DNA from: Cystobasidiomycetes sp. EMM_F5
Lineage: Eukaryota
Direction: 5' to 3'
Assembly: GCA_051047955.1 (NCBI GenBank)
Contig: JBPGPT010000017.1
Span: forward strand, 1-64,000
DNA length: 64,000 bases
The notes below the pieces were generated by a model. It was not told the origin of the DNA. It was given only the letters and a program-made list of their open reading frames with translations, and ran no database searches. Positions 1 through 13,915 of the stretch are shown piece by piece. Position 1 is the first letter of the stretch. Each line of letters opens with the position of its first letter. The position numbers and the translations under genes were made by a program.

Positions 1-2579
1 TCTTTGGCAAATTTCAAGATACTTCCAAAGTACAAGATACGACAAAGCTGGCTGGGTCTACAAGTTGATAGGTTGCATGCTGAAGCATGGATTTAGAAAG
101 AACGGCACGTTGCAATGATACAGTCGACACCCGAATGGGTTCAGAGGGAGCTCATGATCTGCATTGAAAAAGTGAGTGCATCCGAACGTTTCATGATTCC
201 GTATACTTAGCAGGCCATCCCTCCTCAGATCAAATATCAGCTGTCATCGCCAGATCCCGCAAACGATGCTCTATCATCACAGTTCACCTTCGCATCTGAA
301 GCTTCTGTGCATGCCGGTCCTTCGTACTCTGAGCTGCAAGCTGCATATGCTGAGCTTCGCCGGGAGATGCAGTCCCTCAGGGCGGAACATGAGCAGAGCG
401 TCACTTCCCTACAGGAGCACGAACGACAGACCCATAAGAAGACCTCTACGAAAACCGAGAAGCAAGATTCAATATATCGTACGGAGATTGACAGCCTCCG
501 GACACAGCTGTGAGATAACTTCCGTTGCTCGCTATCAAAATCTGAAATGACATTGTTTTCGGTCTTTATAGGGCTCGCAGCGAAAATACAGCGGCGGAAT
601 CTGAAGCTCTAGCCGCAAAGCAGGAATCGCAAATCGAGGAACTTAGCAAGCGTCTAGAAGATTTGGTCGCCAGAGCAGCCGAAGCAGAAAGGCTTAAAGA
701 CGAGATTGACGAGTACAGGCATGCAGCCGAGAAGGCTCGCAAGCTCGAAGCGAGCGTCGATAAATACAAGAAGAAGCTCGAAGATGCTGCAGAAGGCAAA
801 AGGCTTGTTAAAGCTTTACAGGCGGAGAATGTGGACCTGTTGGAGAAGCACGCCCGATTGGAGGAAAGCCAAGGCAAGATGGCAGCAACGGTCTCGCTGG
901 CTGAAGCCTACAAGCAGACGATTGCATCACTCGAGACGCGCAATGCTGAACTTTCGAGAAAGATGGACGAAGCGCAGTACAGGCTGTCAGAGCAGACCAA
1001 GCTTTACGAGACAACTAATGAGACGAATCGTGTTGACAAGGAGACAATCTCTCTCCTTGAAGAGCGGATAGCCGAGCTAGAATCTGCAACCTCTAGCCAA
1101 AGTTCGAGAAAGCAAAAGACGAAAACAACGACAACAAGTGACCACACAGACGATAGTGAAGATGATACGGCCGATATCTCAGGAATTGGCGACGAGTTAG
1201 AAGATGCGGTCTCAGGTCGAACAATGACATCCCTCAAGCTCGAGAATCGCAAGCTGCAACGAGAGCTGAGGGCTGCAAAAGCTAACGAAGCGGACATCAA
1301 CCGTCTTTTTGTTGTGGAGGAGCTACTCAAAAACGCAGAAAGCATGAAGGCTCGATATGAAGAAGATTACCTCGCAGCACAGCGCGATAAGCTGAAAGCT
1401 GTTAGCCAACTTGAAGAAATACGCAATGCCTCAGACACCGTTCAGGACAGGTCAGTTGCGCTTCTAGTCCTGACAACGTAATTCGAAAGCTAATTCAATG
1501 CTGTAGTTCTGCTACAAATATAGCATTGCGAATGCGGCTCAACGAGACCGTCAAGGAACTGGACAACCTCAAACTGTCAAACATCGCACTACAGCAACGA
1601 TTTGACGATGTTCAGCGGGATCTATGCGTAGCGCATTCTGATCGTTAGTTCATTGCTCCCCTCGTATGTGCGTGCAAGTACTGAAAATGCCTTGAGCAGT
1701 TACATTGGTGGACAAGGATCAGGTCCAAGTTCTTGCCAAACTGCGCGAATCTGTTGCAGAAGACAAGATGTCCCTCGAAGCGCAGGCACATGATCTGAAA
1801 GCAGAAGTAGCCAAGCTGAGCGAGACTTCGGCAATGCAGCTTAGCCAAATCAATACCCTTTTGATGGACAAGATCACTCTGCAAGACGATGGTATCGCTC
1901 AACGCGACCGCTTGCTTTGGGCGAATGGTCAATCAGACAGGTAAGCACTGGCCTTCCACGACAGATTTAGCATCACACGAAGCTCTCTACGCAGCACGCA
2001 AGCGGGCAGTCAGGCTGTGGCGCAAGCTGCGGAGCTCTCGAGCCAACTAGCTGTAGCTCGGCAAGAACTAGAGACCACCAATCACAAATTGCAAAAGGCG
2101 CGGACCGTATGTAGGTTTCTCTGCGTGACCATACCGACACTGAGCAAAAGACTGCATAGTTCATACGTCAGCAAGACAAGCTATTCCGCGAGCAGCACGG
2201 CACGTCCGTACCGAATGTACGTGATTTGATCAATACTTTCAGTCTTTGCCCAATCCAGACGTATCACTCGTTCTAGGCGCAGACAGAGCAAGTAGAGCTG
2301 GCTCACAAAAATCAAGTTTCAGCCTTGGAGGATGAAATTGAGCGCCAACGGTCTTTGATCAATGATAATGAAGAACGGCATCAGCGGGAACAGCAATTGT
2401 TGCTTGCAGCTTGGCAAGAAGCTGGTTTGGGCAATCTACAAGCTCAGATTGCCGCAAATGGAGCGCATCCTATTCGCAGGCCGCCCGTCAGGTGAGGAGA
2501 CGAAGCCTTCGCGTGAAGCGGGGAGTACTGATTTCTTTGTTGAGGCAGCTGGTTGGCCCAGCAGCGAAAGAGGCGTTGA
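1..2579 (+). CDS. Hook-family dynein/early-endosome adaptor (Hok1-like), 5' end outside window, multi-exon
   Basis: End of a Hook-like N-terminal domain (HVAMIQSTPEWVQRELMICIEK), long coiled coil (LKDEIDEYRHAAEKARKLEASVDKYKKKLED), and spliced C-terminal SWLAQQRKRR* typical of fungal Hook proteins. Confidence 0.8.
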
Positions 2580-2988
2580 AAAGATTGATGACATGCGCCG
2601 GGTTGTGTATAATCAGCCGTTAGCAACATCTCCAGTGCTTGGACTCGATATTTAGCGAGTAAATCCGGAAAGATCAGCTACATAAAATGCGCACGACTGG
2701 AAGTCGCTGAGAAGACGCTAGTACTAATAAGGCTTCGTTTGCTTCTAAGTCCGCGCTTGCAAGTTATCCATACGTTTCGCTGCCGTTGTCTGTGTGGTCC
2801 GTCATCTGAGTAAAGCATTCCCCGCTCTCCTTCAATACACATGAGCGGGAACAAGTGACATATGTTTAAGATGAATGTGGTTGGATAACAGTACAGCTCC
2901 TACGTTCGTCTGTCCTTGAAGACGCGTCGTGAGTATCTAGTAGATCAGGCTTTGATTGACGTTGTGCACAGGTTGACGGCGCCAACAG

Positions 2989-3675
2989 ATGTCGCGCCTG
3001 TCGCTAGAATCCGAACCCGATCTGGTAGCATTCACGTCGTCGAGCATACTCCCTCCATCTAATTACAGCTTTGCACCTCCGCCTGCTGGACACTCGCCCG
3101 CTCTCAGCATACGCGGTGACAGCCCAGTAAACCCGACAGTGCTGAATGACCAACGCGTTCAGGCTGGACGGGGAGATGCATCATTGACAGATAAGGCGGT
3201 ACCTCAGAGTCCTGGAAATCGCAGTCGGGCTCGCGCCAGTAGTCTTGGATTCAGGTTGCCGCCTCAAAACAACGATGCACACGAGGCGAGAAATGGTGCA
3301 ATCCTACCGACTTACAGCAATCAAACTACCTTGGCAGAGGAAGACGAGCACGAAGACCATCATGAAGATTCCGACGATGATGAAGACCTGAATGACCTCG
3401 AGATGGACACCTTGAACAAAAACAGCCAAGGTCGAGGCGGTTGGAAAATGCTGCCTGGCAATCAGCCGTCAACCCCAACTACGCCCAGACTGTCTTCATC
3501 TGGTAGTGTACTAGACATGGGCCATTTCAACAAGCAGGCTGGACACCGGTCTCGTTTTGAACCGCTACATTGGACGGAATGGCTGGCGATCATTACAAGC
3601 ACCTGCTTGGTCTCTTTATTGACCGTGGTTGCGCTGCATATGATATTCGAGAAAGAGGAAAAGCTATCGACGTGA
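2989..3675 (+). CDS. Hypothetical protein, disordered with a single C-terminal transmembrane helix
   Basis: 228-aa uninterrupted ORF with an acidic tract and hydrophobic WLAIITSTCLVSLLTVVALHMIF near the C-terminus; probable 5'UTR intron (gtgagt...cacag) just upstream. Confidence 0.65.
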   Translation: MSRLSLESEPDLVAFTSSSILPPSNYSFAPPPAGHSPALSIRGDSPVNPTVLNDQRVQAGRGDASLTDKAVPQSPGNRSRARASSLGFRLPPQNNDAHEARNGAILPTYSNQTTLAEEDEHEDHHEDSDDDEDLNDLEMDTLNKNSQGRGGWKMLPGNQPSTPTTPRLSSSGSVLDMGHFNKQAGHRSRFEPLHWTEWLAIITSTCLVSLLTVVALHMIFEKEEKLST

Positions 3676-3799
3676 TGCACTTGTACAAGTAGGCCGATTA
3701 TCGATGCATTTGGCTCAGCGGCGTCCTGCCCTTCAAGACTCTGCTGCTGCTGCTGCGAAGCCGAGGCCGGCCAGTCTACACGCGCATTGTGCGCATCAT

Positions 3800-5783
3800 C
3801 TACATGCTAGTCATCGGTGACATCAGAGTTTCCGTCTGGCGCATCGTAACGTCCGCATGTCTCCATCCCTTTCCTTCTTCGAAGTGATAGACGGTATAGA
3901 AGGCATACAATGCTACGAACCAGACAGCAAACCAGACGAGGTAGCCGTTCATGATTTGCGTCTCCGCAGAGTACGCAAACAGCCAAGAAGCGAGCCAAGC
4001 CGCAACGACTTGGAAAACCTGACATGTTGCGAAAAAGTTAGTTTTGGGAAGATAGTACCGCATGCAGTGCCTGACTTTTGCATCCAATTCCATCATAGCG
4101 TTAAATGACGACTGTGCTTCTTTGATAGGCGCGGCATTCGTGCACATTAGGTCTCCGCTTACTACCGGGTACGTTAGCGATGCCTTCACTTCCCAAGAAG
4201 GAGAACAACCCACTAAACATAGTCTGTCCTGTAACATCCAATAGAAGAACGAGCGCGAGACCGGATATACTTGTCCAATCTAGATGTTCCTTGCTGCTGC
4301 TTTGCCGCCGCACCAGACTTACGCAAGGGACCAGCACAAAATTCACGACGTAGATGGCGATTTGTCCACGAAGCAACGTTATAGTGCCGAAGCGCTTGTG
4401 AAAGCGGGGATATACTACGGATATTTGTCAGTATTACAAACTCCGAAGCTGTGTCAACATAACCTACGGGGCATCTCGATGAGAACGATCGTGACTGCCC
4501 GTACCATGAAGTAATTGCCTATGGCGCCGGTTCCCAAGCCCATGCCCCCCGCGTCTACTGGCGCAAAGAGAAATAGAGGTATAGCTGACTGCAGGTAGAT
4601 ATTGATGAAGACTGAACCTATGCGAGTCAATCATAAGTCTACTGGCGGAACAATATTTCCTTCATACCCATCAACGTCCACAAAAAGCAGACACTTCGCA
4701 TGTTTGGACTCCATTGTCTGACGGATTCAATCAAAGATGGTGCTGGACTTGCATTTGACTTGATCTTGGGCCCGTACTTCGATGCCGTACTCGGTAACGT
4801 CTCAGCTAGAGTGTAGTACCCCAAGATCGCTGCTAGCATCGACGGGACTGCCACGACGATTGGAGGCAGGACGTAGGGATACTGCTGCAAGAGACCAATC
4901 GACGCTGTGGCAGGAAAAAGCCGCTCGGGATGGGAGAGAAATCCTCCTGAAGTCGCCGAGAAACACCAAGACACTTGCCATGATAGACTCATAAGCGAGA
5001 ACGCAAACGCTTGGTTGTCCGCATCGGCAATCTCAGCGAGATAAGTTTTGGCTATTGCGGACTGTCTGTTATGAAATGAAAGAACCATCAAAGAATGTCA
5101 CAATACCAACGTGGGGATGATGTCGTACCCATTGAGAACGCCAGTCATTATGCGGATAACGATCATCGCCAGGTACGCCTTAGTGAAGCCGAAGGTTGCG
5201 CCAACAAGGGCGCAAGCGACCGTAGATGGTATCATAGCTGGTCGACGGCCGTAGGTATTCGCTACATAGATCCATATCTATACATGCCGTGTCAGCATAT
5301 TCACTCGGAAGCTGTGCGGGTGTCCTGCATTCACCGGAATCCCGACTGCGTTGGGGAACGCCAGGGATGCTTCCAGAATGCCGGCAGTATATCCAGTTGA
5401 TCGCGCATCTGTTGCAATGCCATATTCCAGTAGCATTTCGTTCACATACCTAGCAGAAATGTTCATGTTAGATTGATTGCGGGGCAGGGGGGCAGACGAC
5501 CAAGACTTACGGAAAGATAACAAACAGGGCCAGCGGCTATGACAATGGACAGATCAGCGCTATCTAGGCAAGCGGTCGGTGATGGCAGTACGTCAGTGCA
5601 CCGAATACCGCAGAACGCGGTTAGCAAGCCAGTAGACATCCTTGAGTGCCGGATTGGTAGCTCCTCATCGGCGATGTCATCGTCGGCATCAGATACCCTA
5701 CTACCAAACGAAGTAGATGTCTGGCCGACAGCCAGACTAGGAGTATCTGGAAGGGTAGCATATTTATGATGGTCTGGGTTCAT
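3800..5783 (-). CDS. Major facilitator superfamily transporter, copy 1 (multi-exon)
   Basis: Hydrophobic exons: TGYTAGILEASLAF, AKTYLAEIADADNQAFAFSLMSLSWQVSW, YPYVLPPIVVA, MNGYLVWF. Confidence 0.85.
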
Positions 5784-6189
5784 GGTCAGCCGTCGCAATA
5801 TTGGCAAGGAGGATGCGACGCAGACCGGACGCAAGACTCGAGCGCCATTCCAGTCAGTTCAACATGTATACTGGACCGCCAGATCATCGTTTATGTTCCG
5901 CTTCGCTAACGATTTCAGAAGTCCTCCACGGAATTGAGACTTTTGAAATGGTCGATGCGGAGCGCATTTGCGGAGAGTACGCCGCAGATGACAAGCTGGT
6001 CACAGCTCAAAGTGTGTATAGAGTCATACCAGCATCGGGTTTGAGTTTGTGCTGGCAGAGTCGAGGCGGGACTTTGTGGGGCAAGCTAAAAAGCTGACGC
6101 CGCGACTCTGGCATGCATCACCAAGCTAGCGGTACGGGCGACATTGGCCAAGTATCAACATCAAGGCCGACCAAGCTAACAAGAATCTT

Positions 6190-8115
6190 TTACTGATAGT
6201 CTGCCTGGGGAGCCAAAAGGTGTTTATTCTCAGGAGAAGTTTGCGTTGCAGCATGTCTCCACCCGCGGGCCTCTTGGAACCGGAAAGCATACACGCTCGT
6301 AAAGACTGCAGCTAGCCAGATGACGAACCATACCAAATAACCATTCATGATCTGACTTTCTGCCGAGTACGCGAGCAGGGACGACCCTAGCCACGCTGAC
6401 AGTAGCTGCATGATCTGTATACAAGCAGAGCTTTAGTGATTGCAATACTGCCGTAGCAAGGATTATAGCTTGTACCTTTCCGTCAAGCTCCACCACAGCG
6501 TTGAACATTGCTTGATCTTCTTTGAATGGAGCGGCATTGGTGCATAACAAATCTCCGCTTACTGGAATTGTATTTAGCAAAAGCCCCGATTCATCGGACA
6601 CCGACTCGACCGAACCTCTCACGTACTGAACATTGTCTGCCCGGTGACATCGCTCACCAGCAAAAGACAGAGGCTGAGAGTGCTTGCCCAATCCATATAT
6701 TCACTATGCATATAGCGGCGTACTGAGCTCGTTATGGGGATGAGGAGGAATGCAAGCGGATATATGGCCACCTGACAGCGTAGCATAGTGATTGTACCAA
6801 GCCTCTTATGAAGTCGTGGGTAGACTAACAGATGACTGTCAGTCTCTAACTTCGTGCACCGAAACATCGCGCCTACTGGGCACTTCCACGAGCATGATCA
6901 GTATTGTGCGGGCCACATAATATCTTCCGATAACATTAGTTGGCATGGCTAGTCCGCCTGCTGAGACTGGCGCGAAAAAGAAGACTGGCAGGGTAGACTG
7001 CATGAAGAACCCGAGAAGCGCAATTAGAGTCCACAAATAGAAAGTCCTCTTCATCCCAGGAGTCCACTGATGAACGGATGCTAACATAGAAGTTGGATTA
7101 TCGTCCTTATTTGCGCTCCTTCTCCTTTGAAGCGTCTCTCGAAGCGTATAGACGCCAAGCAAAGCTGCAAAGAATGGCGGTATAGCTACCAGCAGTGGAG
7201 GAAGGGCATACGGAAAGTCTTGAACAAAGCGGGAGGTAGCCAATGTCGGAAATGTTCTCTCAGGATGTGCAAGATACCCGCCAATGAAGGCAGAAAAGCA
7301 CCAAGCAACCTGCCAGGCGAGACCCATCAGAGAAAACGCGAAAGCCTGGTTCTTCTCGGTTGTAACCTCCGCCAGATACGTTTTGGCCACAGCAGACTGT
7401 CTGGAGGGGGCCGACAAGGAGATATTCGGCGTCAGTCCTCACCTGCAGAGATGATCATAGCTTGCTGCGCACCCATTCAGCAGACCACCCATGACACGCA
7501 AGAATATAAGCCCAGCGTATGATTTAACGAACCCGAATACTGAGCCAATCAGGGCGCATGCCATCGTTGTCGGGATCAAGCTGTAGCGTCGACCGAGCGT
7601 GTCGGCTACGTGTGCCCATATCTTCGTGATGGACTTGTTAGTACACGCGAAGCATTTGCCCGGCATTGGTCTTACCGGGATCGCAACAGCATTAGCGGCA
7701 GCCATCGAAGCTTCAATGAGGCCGGCAGTGTACCCCGTGGACCGTGCATCTTTTGCAATGCCGTATTCAAGTAGCATCTCGTTAATGAATCTGTGCGATG
7801 TTCATTCAACAGCGTGAGTAGTTTTTCGGTGTATCATCTCTTACGGAAACAGAAAGAAGTAGGATAAGGGCTGACAATACACTCTCATCAGTCTTTGTTG
7901 CGACAACAACTTCGTGACCATCAGTCGCATCCTACATCTGTACAGCGAACACCGCAAAATGCAGTAAGCAGCCATGGCGACAGCGGTTTCTCTGGAGAAG
8001 AAGCAGAATCTCTTGTCATCCGTCCATCTCCGACATCTCTTGTTGTGCTAGGCGCAAGCGGTGAATGCGAGATACTTTCAAGTCCGGCATCGGCAGGATG
8101 GACGCGAATGTCCAT
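6190..8115 (-). CDS. Major facilitator superfamily transporter, copy 2 (tandem paralog)
   Basis: WAHVADTLGRRYSL (MFS motif A-like), AKTYLAEVTTEKNQAFAFSLMGLAWQVAW; collinear with copy 1. Confidence 0.85.
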
Positions 8116-8497
8116 ATTTGAGCTGTAAGCAGGCTTTGGTGGTTCAAGCAGTGAGTACAGAGCACAAACGGCGAGATACGTTCTCAAGAAACATTAGCTC
8201 TCGCGCGATTAGCCGAGGGCGTACATCAGTGTTTGGCCTGCTTGGGATGTAAACGAAGGAAAGACCCGAAGCTCTGCATATTGCCTTGAGCACAGCTTGT
8301 CAGCGAGGCGAATAAGTGAGTATGCCATTGAATTGCGCTGCAGCACGTCTAAAATAAAGCCAGAGTCAACCAGGAAGCTCGACTCTGGAACTTTCCTGGT
8401 TGCCTTTGGTGGCGAACATCACTGCAAACCGTCCCTGGCTTGCTTGACTCTGCCCGTCTTGCTGCAAAGAAAAGACTTTGCTCTAGACTTTGCAACC

Positions 8498-9777
8498 ATG
8501 TCGTCTGACGCAGAAAGCCAGGCTCAATCGTTGAGCGAAAAGGAGCTGGGCAATGCAGCCTACAAGCAGCGAGACTTTGAGACTGCAATATCGCACTACC
8601 GGCGAGCGTGGGACCTGCACAAGGACATTACATACCTCAATAACCTAGCTGGTGTGTTCTAATGCTGTCGACGTGCATTATTAAACAGTCTGATCCGTTT
8701 CCACACAATAGCTGCACAATTCGAAGCCGGAAACTATGACGCTGCAATCAAGACTGAAGAAGACGCTGTCGAGCAAGGGAGAGACATGCGAGCAGACTAC
8801 AAGCTGATAGCAAAGTGAGTATCGGTGCAGGGTGAAATGACTGCCGTTCGGCGGCTCATTATCAAATCGTGTGACACGCAGAGCTCTCGCACGGACAGGT
8901 TCGGCCTTCGAACGCAAAGGCGACTGGACGCAAGCCATCCGGTTTTACGAGAAATCACTGGCAGAGCACCGCACGCCTGATGCGCTAAATAAGCTCAAGG
9001 CGGCTGAAAAGTCGAAAAAGGAGGCCGAAGCCAAGGCATACGAGGATCCAGCTCTGTCGGATCAAGCTAGAGACGAGGGAAACAAGCTCTTCAAAGCGGG
9101 TGACTATGCCGGTTCAGTCAAGAGCTATACCGAGGCCATCAAGCGCAATCCGCGCGATGCTAGAGGTTACACCAATAGAGCGTCTGCCTATACCAAGCTG
9201 ATGGCCCTAGCGGAGGCCTTGAAAGATTCAGAGATGGCCATTACGGTGTATGTCCCCGGTCACTACGCACTGTTCAAGAATCCTATTGTCTGACCTATTC
9301 TCCCTCCTCTTTAAAGTGAACCACAAAACCCAAAGGGCTACATCAGGAAAGCCACTACCCTGTTTGGCATGAAGGAGTACGACAAAGCCATCAGTGCAGC
9401 GGAAGAGGCCTCTCAAAAGGACGTGGATAAGAAGAACACGACGGAAATCCAACGCGAAATGAAGAAGATTATGAATGCCAAATTCTCAGAGCGATCGAGC
9501 GAGACGGACGAACAGACGCTGGCGAGGGCCATGAAGGATCCCGAAGTGCAAAAGATCCTGCAGGACCCTGTGATGATGCGTAAGTCACGGATAGGCGAAA
9601 TGCTGCGAAATGCTGTCCATGCGAATAGCTGGCTGATTCTTTTCATGTCATCTTTTCCCAGAAATTCTGCAACAAGCACAGCAAGATCCCTCATCGCTGC
9701 AAGAACACCTCAAGAATCCAACAATACGAGACAACATCATCAAGCTCAGTCAGGCCGGCATACTCAAAATGCGTTAA
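8498..9777 (+). CDS. STI1: Hsp70/Hsp90 co-chaperone Sti1/Hop, short form (TPR2A-TPR2B-DP2)
   Basis: EKELGNAAYKQRDFETAISHYRRAWDLHKDITYLNN, EQGRDMRADYKLI, KSLAEHRTPD, AMKDPEVQKILQDPVM...QAGILKMR* match Sti1 TPR2A/TPR2B/DP2. Confidence 0.93.
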
Positions 9778-10127
9778 TGTGATCGTGCGATAGTCTGCGC
9801 ATTGAATCAGTAAGGAATGTTGTACTTCAGCTTGCAAACGCATTGCACCCGCCAAAAGTGGTGTCACGTTTGATCTGCTCACATTGGCAAGGAAATTGTC
9901 CGCCATGGCTCAGATTACTAATTTAACCATCAACTATTTCTCCGTTGCCCTGTCTGTTGACACGCAACCGCGGGGAGCACTTCTTTCCCGTTGCATTCTT
10001 TGCATTTGTATGGCCTTTGAAGCGCATATTCGAGGCGGACGCATTTCATATCTCAGCCCTTCAATCTCTGTCCGATACTCGCTTGAGCTTGCAAATCGTA
10101 TCCTGCATCTTCCCATCGCCGGCCTCA

Positions 10128-13100
10128 TCAATTCTTGCGACAGCACCTCGTAGTTTGGCGCAAGAACCAAAAGTAAAACGCTCCAAGGAAGCGAACTGCC
10201 GACAGGCCTGCTGTGGCAATGAGAATACCTTTGAAGTAAACATTCTGCTTGTCCTTCTGTTCGCTGGCCGTGGTGTCTACACCGTTGACATTACTGCATG
10301 AAATCGTAAGTCAGTATCACTTTGCAAGGCTACAGCATAATCAATGCGTGCCTGATGGCAATGACCAAGGCTCCATTGCAAAACAGCCAGAAGGCGACGA
10401 GACGCGTCCGGAAAGTTCGATTCTCGTCATCGGGCGTAGGCTTCTCAACGACCTCTACAGTTTTCATGGGGATCACTGGAAGGCATCCATATTAGTCACG
10501 TCACAAGGGAGCGCTATTGCGTTACACTTTACGTACTGGCTCTCTGTACCGTCTCCTTGAAAGCCGCATCAAGGTCTTCCTGTGTTTTTTGAACCTCCTC
10601 GATTACTGTATTACCAGCTTCATCCTTCTCAGCCTTAGAAGTGACGCTTGGTAATGCATCCGCTTTGTCGGAACCCTTCGTGCCCCACGACACGTCTGAT
10701 CAGGGCATCAGACACGCATATATTTAAGAGTTGCTGTTAGTAACGCACCGTGTAGGTTGCAGAATGCATACACCATCAGGATGTTTGTAAAGGACGGAGC
10801 GAGTGCCATGTATTGTGGAAACGAATGGATCATGTGCCAGGGGTCGGCATACAGCAAGGACGCAATGAGATAGCAGCCAAATGTAGACATGAGGGCTGCG
10901 AGAAGAATACCATTCGTTCCTGAAAGCAGATCCTTAATCTTATCGCCAACTGTGGGAGCATCTTTGAAGGAAATTTGCCCGAAAGCTTTGACCGTAAGCC
11001 AGATGGCGCAGACTAGGAGATAGTAGCCGAGAATCTGGACGATAAGTCAGGGGTGATCAAGATCAGCACCCGTCAGAAAAGGTCTGTGCGCTACTCACCG
11101 CAAACACGACAAAGGAAAACATGTACGACCAGCGCTCTCCTTTCGGTCTATTCCCCAGCGCCAGGATGAATTGCAAGGCAACAACAGCGCCATACAGCCA
11201 GACAAACGCCTCGTTGACCCAGTGCGTAATTTCCTCGTTGACAAAGAAGAATGTTGGGCTTGTACCAGCGCCAGGGGCAGCGACGAGCTTTATGATGATG
11301 GAGAAGGTGAGCCATAAGTTTGCAAGCGCAAACCACGAGAAGAAGAGCTGGAAAGCGTTAAAGATTGCCTGAACATGAAACATGAAGAGTCGGAATGGGT
11401 TGTGACCAGACTTGTAAAAGCGGAAAAAGTGCACGAGAGCGTAAACGGATGCAGCAAAAGATCCGTTGAGCCATCTTCTTCTCTGTCCAATCAGCTCGGC
11501 AACGCCCTCTGGTACATCGGTCTCTCCCTTTGCCGGCTTGACATACGATAAATGCCATTTAGCACCGGCTTTTGCGACAAGCTCGAAGCACAAGATGCGA
11601 TCCTCTGCCAGAAACATGTTCTTGGTGAAGATGTTCATGCCATCCACGCCTTTTCTTCCGAGACGGTGAGCGAGCGAGTGGTCTCCCTTGAAATACTGAT
11701 CCAAGGGACGACCTTGAAGAGCTGCATATCTGTACGCGCTGAATGCACCGGGAAGAACTGAAACGTAGCCGAAGGCCGACTCTAAAGGCTTGTCGAGAAT
11801 GTTTGACATCTTGTACTCGAAGTTCTGTGCAGCAACGAGGGGGTTGAGCAGTTTCTTTCCACTTTTGAGCATTGCGTGAATCTCTCCGCAAGCACCTCCC
11901 AGATTCTTGTCATTGTAGAATGCCTCCCATAGATAGTACAAACTTTTGACGCCAGGTTTTGTGCCTGCATCAATGAGAATGCAAATCTCTGGCTGTAGCT
12001 GGCGTCCGATAGCATTGAAGAGCCATCGATGTGAATTGATCTTCTTTGCATTCTGCTGCTTGAGACAGAAAATCATCTGGACCGGGACGAGATTTCCAGC
12101 ATCATTGCCCTCCTTGGGTGTCATAAGTGATGGCTTTGCATCGACAGAGAGTTGTGTAGTATATTCGAAAAGATGGGCGACCGTTTCTTTGCCATTGATG
12201 TCACGTTTCATGATGTTGTCTTGATACAAGCCACTGTTTACAGAAGCGATGAGTCCAAGCAGATGTTGGTCACTTAACAGACTCACATGGTGCTCAACAC
12301 GTCGAGAACACTCTTGTCGCAGGGGTTGATGCCATCGAAGATGAGGGCAACTACAATCTTCTGCCACCCGGGTCTACCTTCTTCTGCCGACCTCTGCCAA
12401 TACTTTGATTTTGATTTTACGATATCGCGAATGTTGAGCATAACGCCGTGCAAAGTACGCGCAACCAGAGTCTTATCTTCGTTGTAGTAGGTTATTGCGA
12501 TCTGCGATATTGCTTCAGTAGACAGACTCGGTTGCTGGAGTAGATGCCACTCACAAGCAGTTCTGTATCTCTCCCGTACAGCTTTGGTCTCAGCGTCCAT
12601 CCATTCTGTAGTTATGAAGAAATCGACAGAATATCAGCCGCCAAACGATTTGAGTCACTCGGCAAAACACCGGACCTCTGGCGTGAACTCATCTGGGTCG
12701 ACTGTCGCTTGCGTGTACCTGCGTTGAACTAATATGAGCTTGATATTTACTTCGCGAAAAGCCAACGGAACTTACCGCAGATGCGTAAACTCCGTTCCTT
12801 TTGCTGTGCCATCACATTATTAGCGAATCTGGCCAAAACCTCTGCAAGTCTGCTCTGTGACCTACATGACGCTCTCCATTTCGCTTCTACGGCGTTGACG
12901 ACCGGGAGTGGAACCGGGTACTCTTGCACCAGGTTACCCTGCTTTGTCAATTTGACCTTCGTCGTCTTGCCTCTTGTCGGCAAGCGAGCTCGCTTCTGCC
13001 ATTCTGCATCGCTGTTTGCTGTATGGGTAGTATATCCAGAAGGATACGTATTACCGTCTGGATTTGTAAATCCTCCTACTCCGGCGGAATTGCCATTGTA

Positions 13101-13451
13101 CGGGTAGTCGAGGTTGTGACTGCCATACGAGGCATCGTAATCGTTGACTGGGTTGCCGCGGTGGTCATATGCGTACGGATCTTCTTTCAGGAATGAAGCC
13201 TGGGATGGATTGTTGTGCGCAGGATTGACTGGAGGGTAACCAGGATGTAGGTGTCCAGCACCTTCGCCACTACCAAGGTTGAAACCTGCTACTGGCTGCG
13301 CATGAGCTGCCAATGGCGAGTGTTCCCCTTCCTCGTAATGCTCATAATGCTCATATGATACATCCTGTCTGCTTGAGTTGTTGACGCTATACGTAGACGC
13401 ATTGTGGGGAGCTGGGTGGTAGTCTGGGTATCCGCTGTTGTAGTTCGCCAT
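10128..13451 (-). CDS. Chitin synthase (division 1, class I/II/III type), multi-exon
   Basis: [53 protein letters not shown] motifs; last exon ends TRCCRKN*. Confidence 0.97.
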
Positions 13452-13915
13452 GTCGACGGATTTGCGCCTGGCTGGAATGAACAGCATGTCCGGACAAGGT
13501 ATTCGACACCATCGCGTGGGTTGCACAGGCGTGTAGGTTGCAGTCAGCCTTGCTGCGCTTTAGACCGCTTGCGTTGCTCACCCAGTTCCTGCCAACGGAG
13601 ATTACTCGCCAATATCAGTCGCGTAAAGCTGGATTCTGCTGGATGTGGAGGATGCGGTCAAGGCAAAGAACAAGCAGCAGTCCATTAAACGACAACACTT
13701 CGAGGCTCTGCACTCCACGCCAAGGATGAGGGCTGTCCAGCTTTTCATGCGCACGAGTTTTACAGGGGTGTCTCAGGACGCGCGCTTTGGCCCATGGCAA
13801 CGGCGCGATGCAGAGGTCAAAGTTTGCAATTGAAGAGGCAAAGAGCGCAACGAACAACGCTTCACGCTGTGCAAGCATCGCATTGTTAAAGATACAGACT
13901 ATCGCCCGACTTTTA

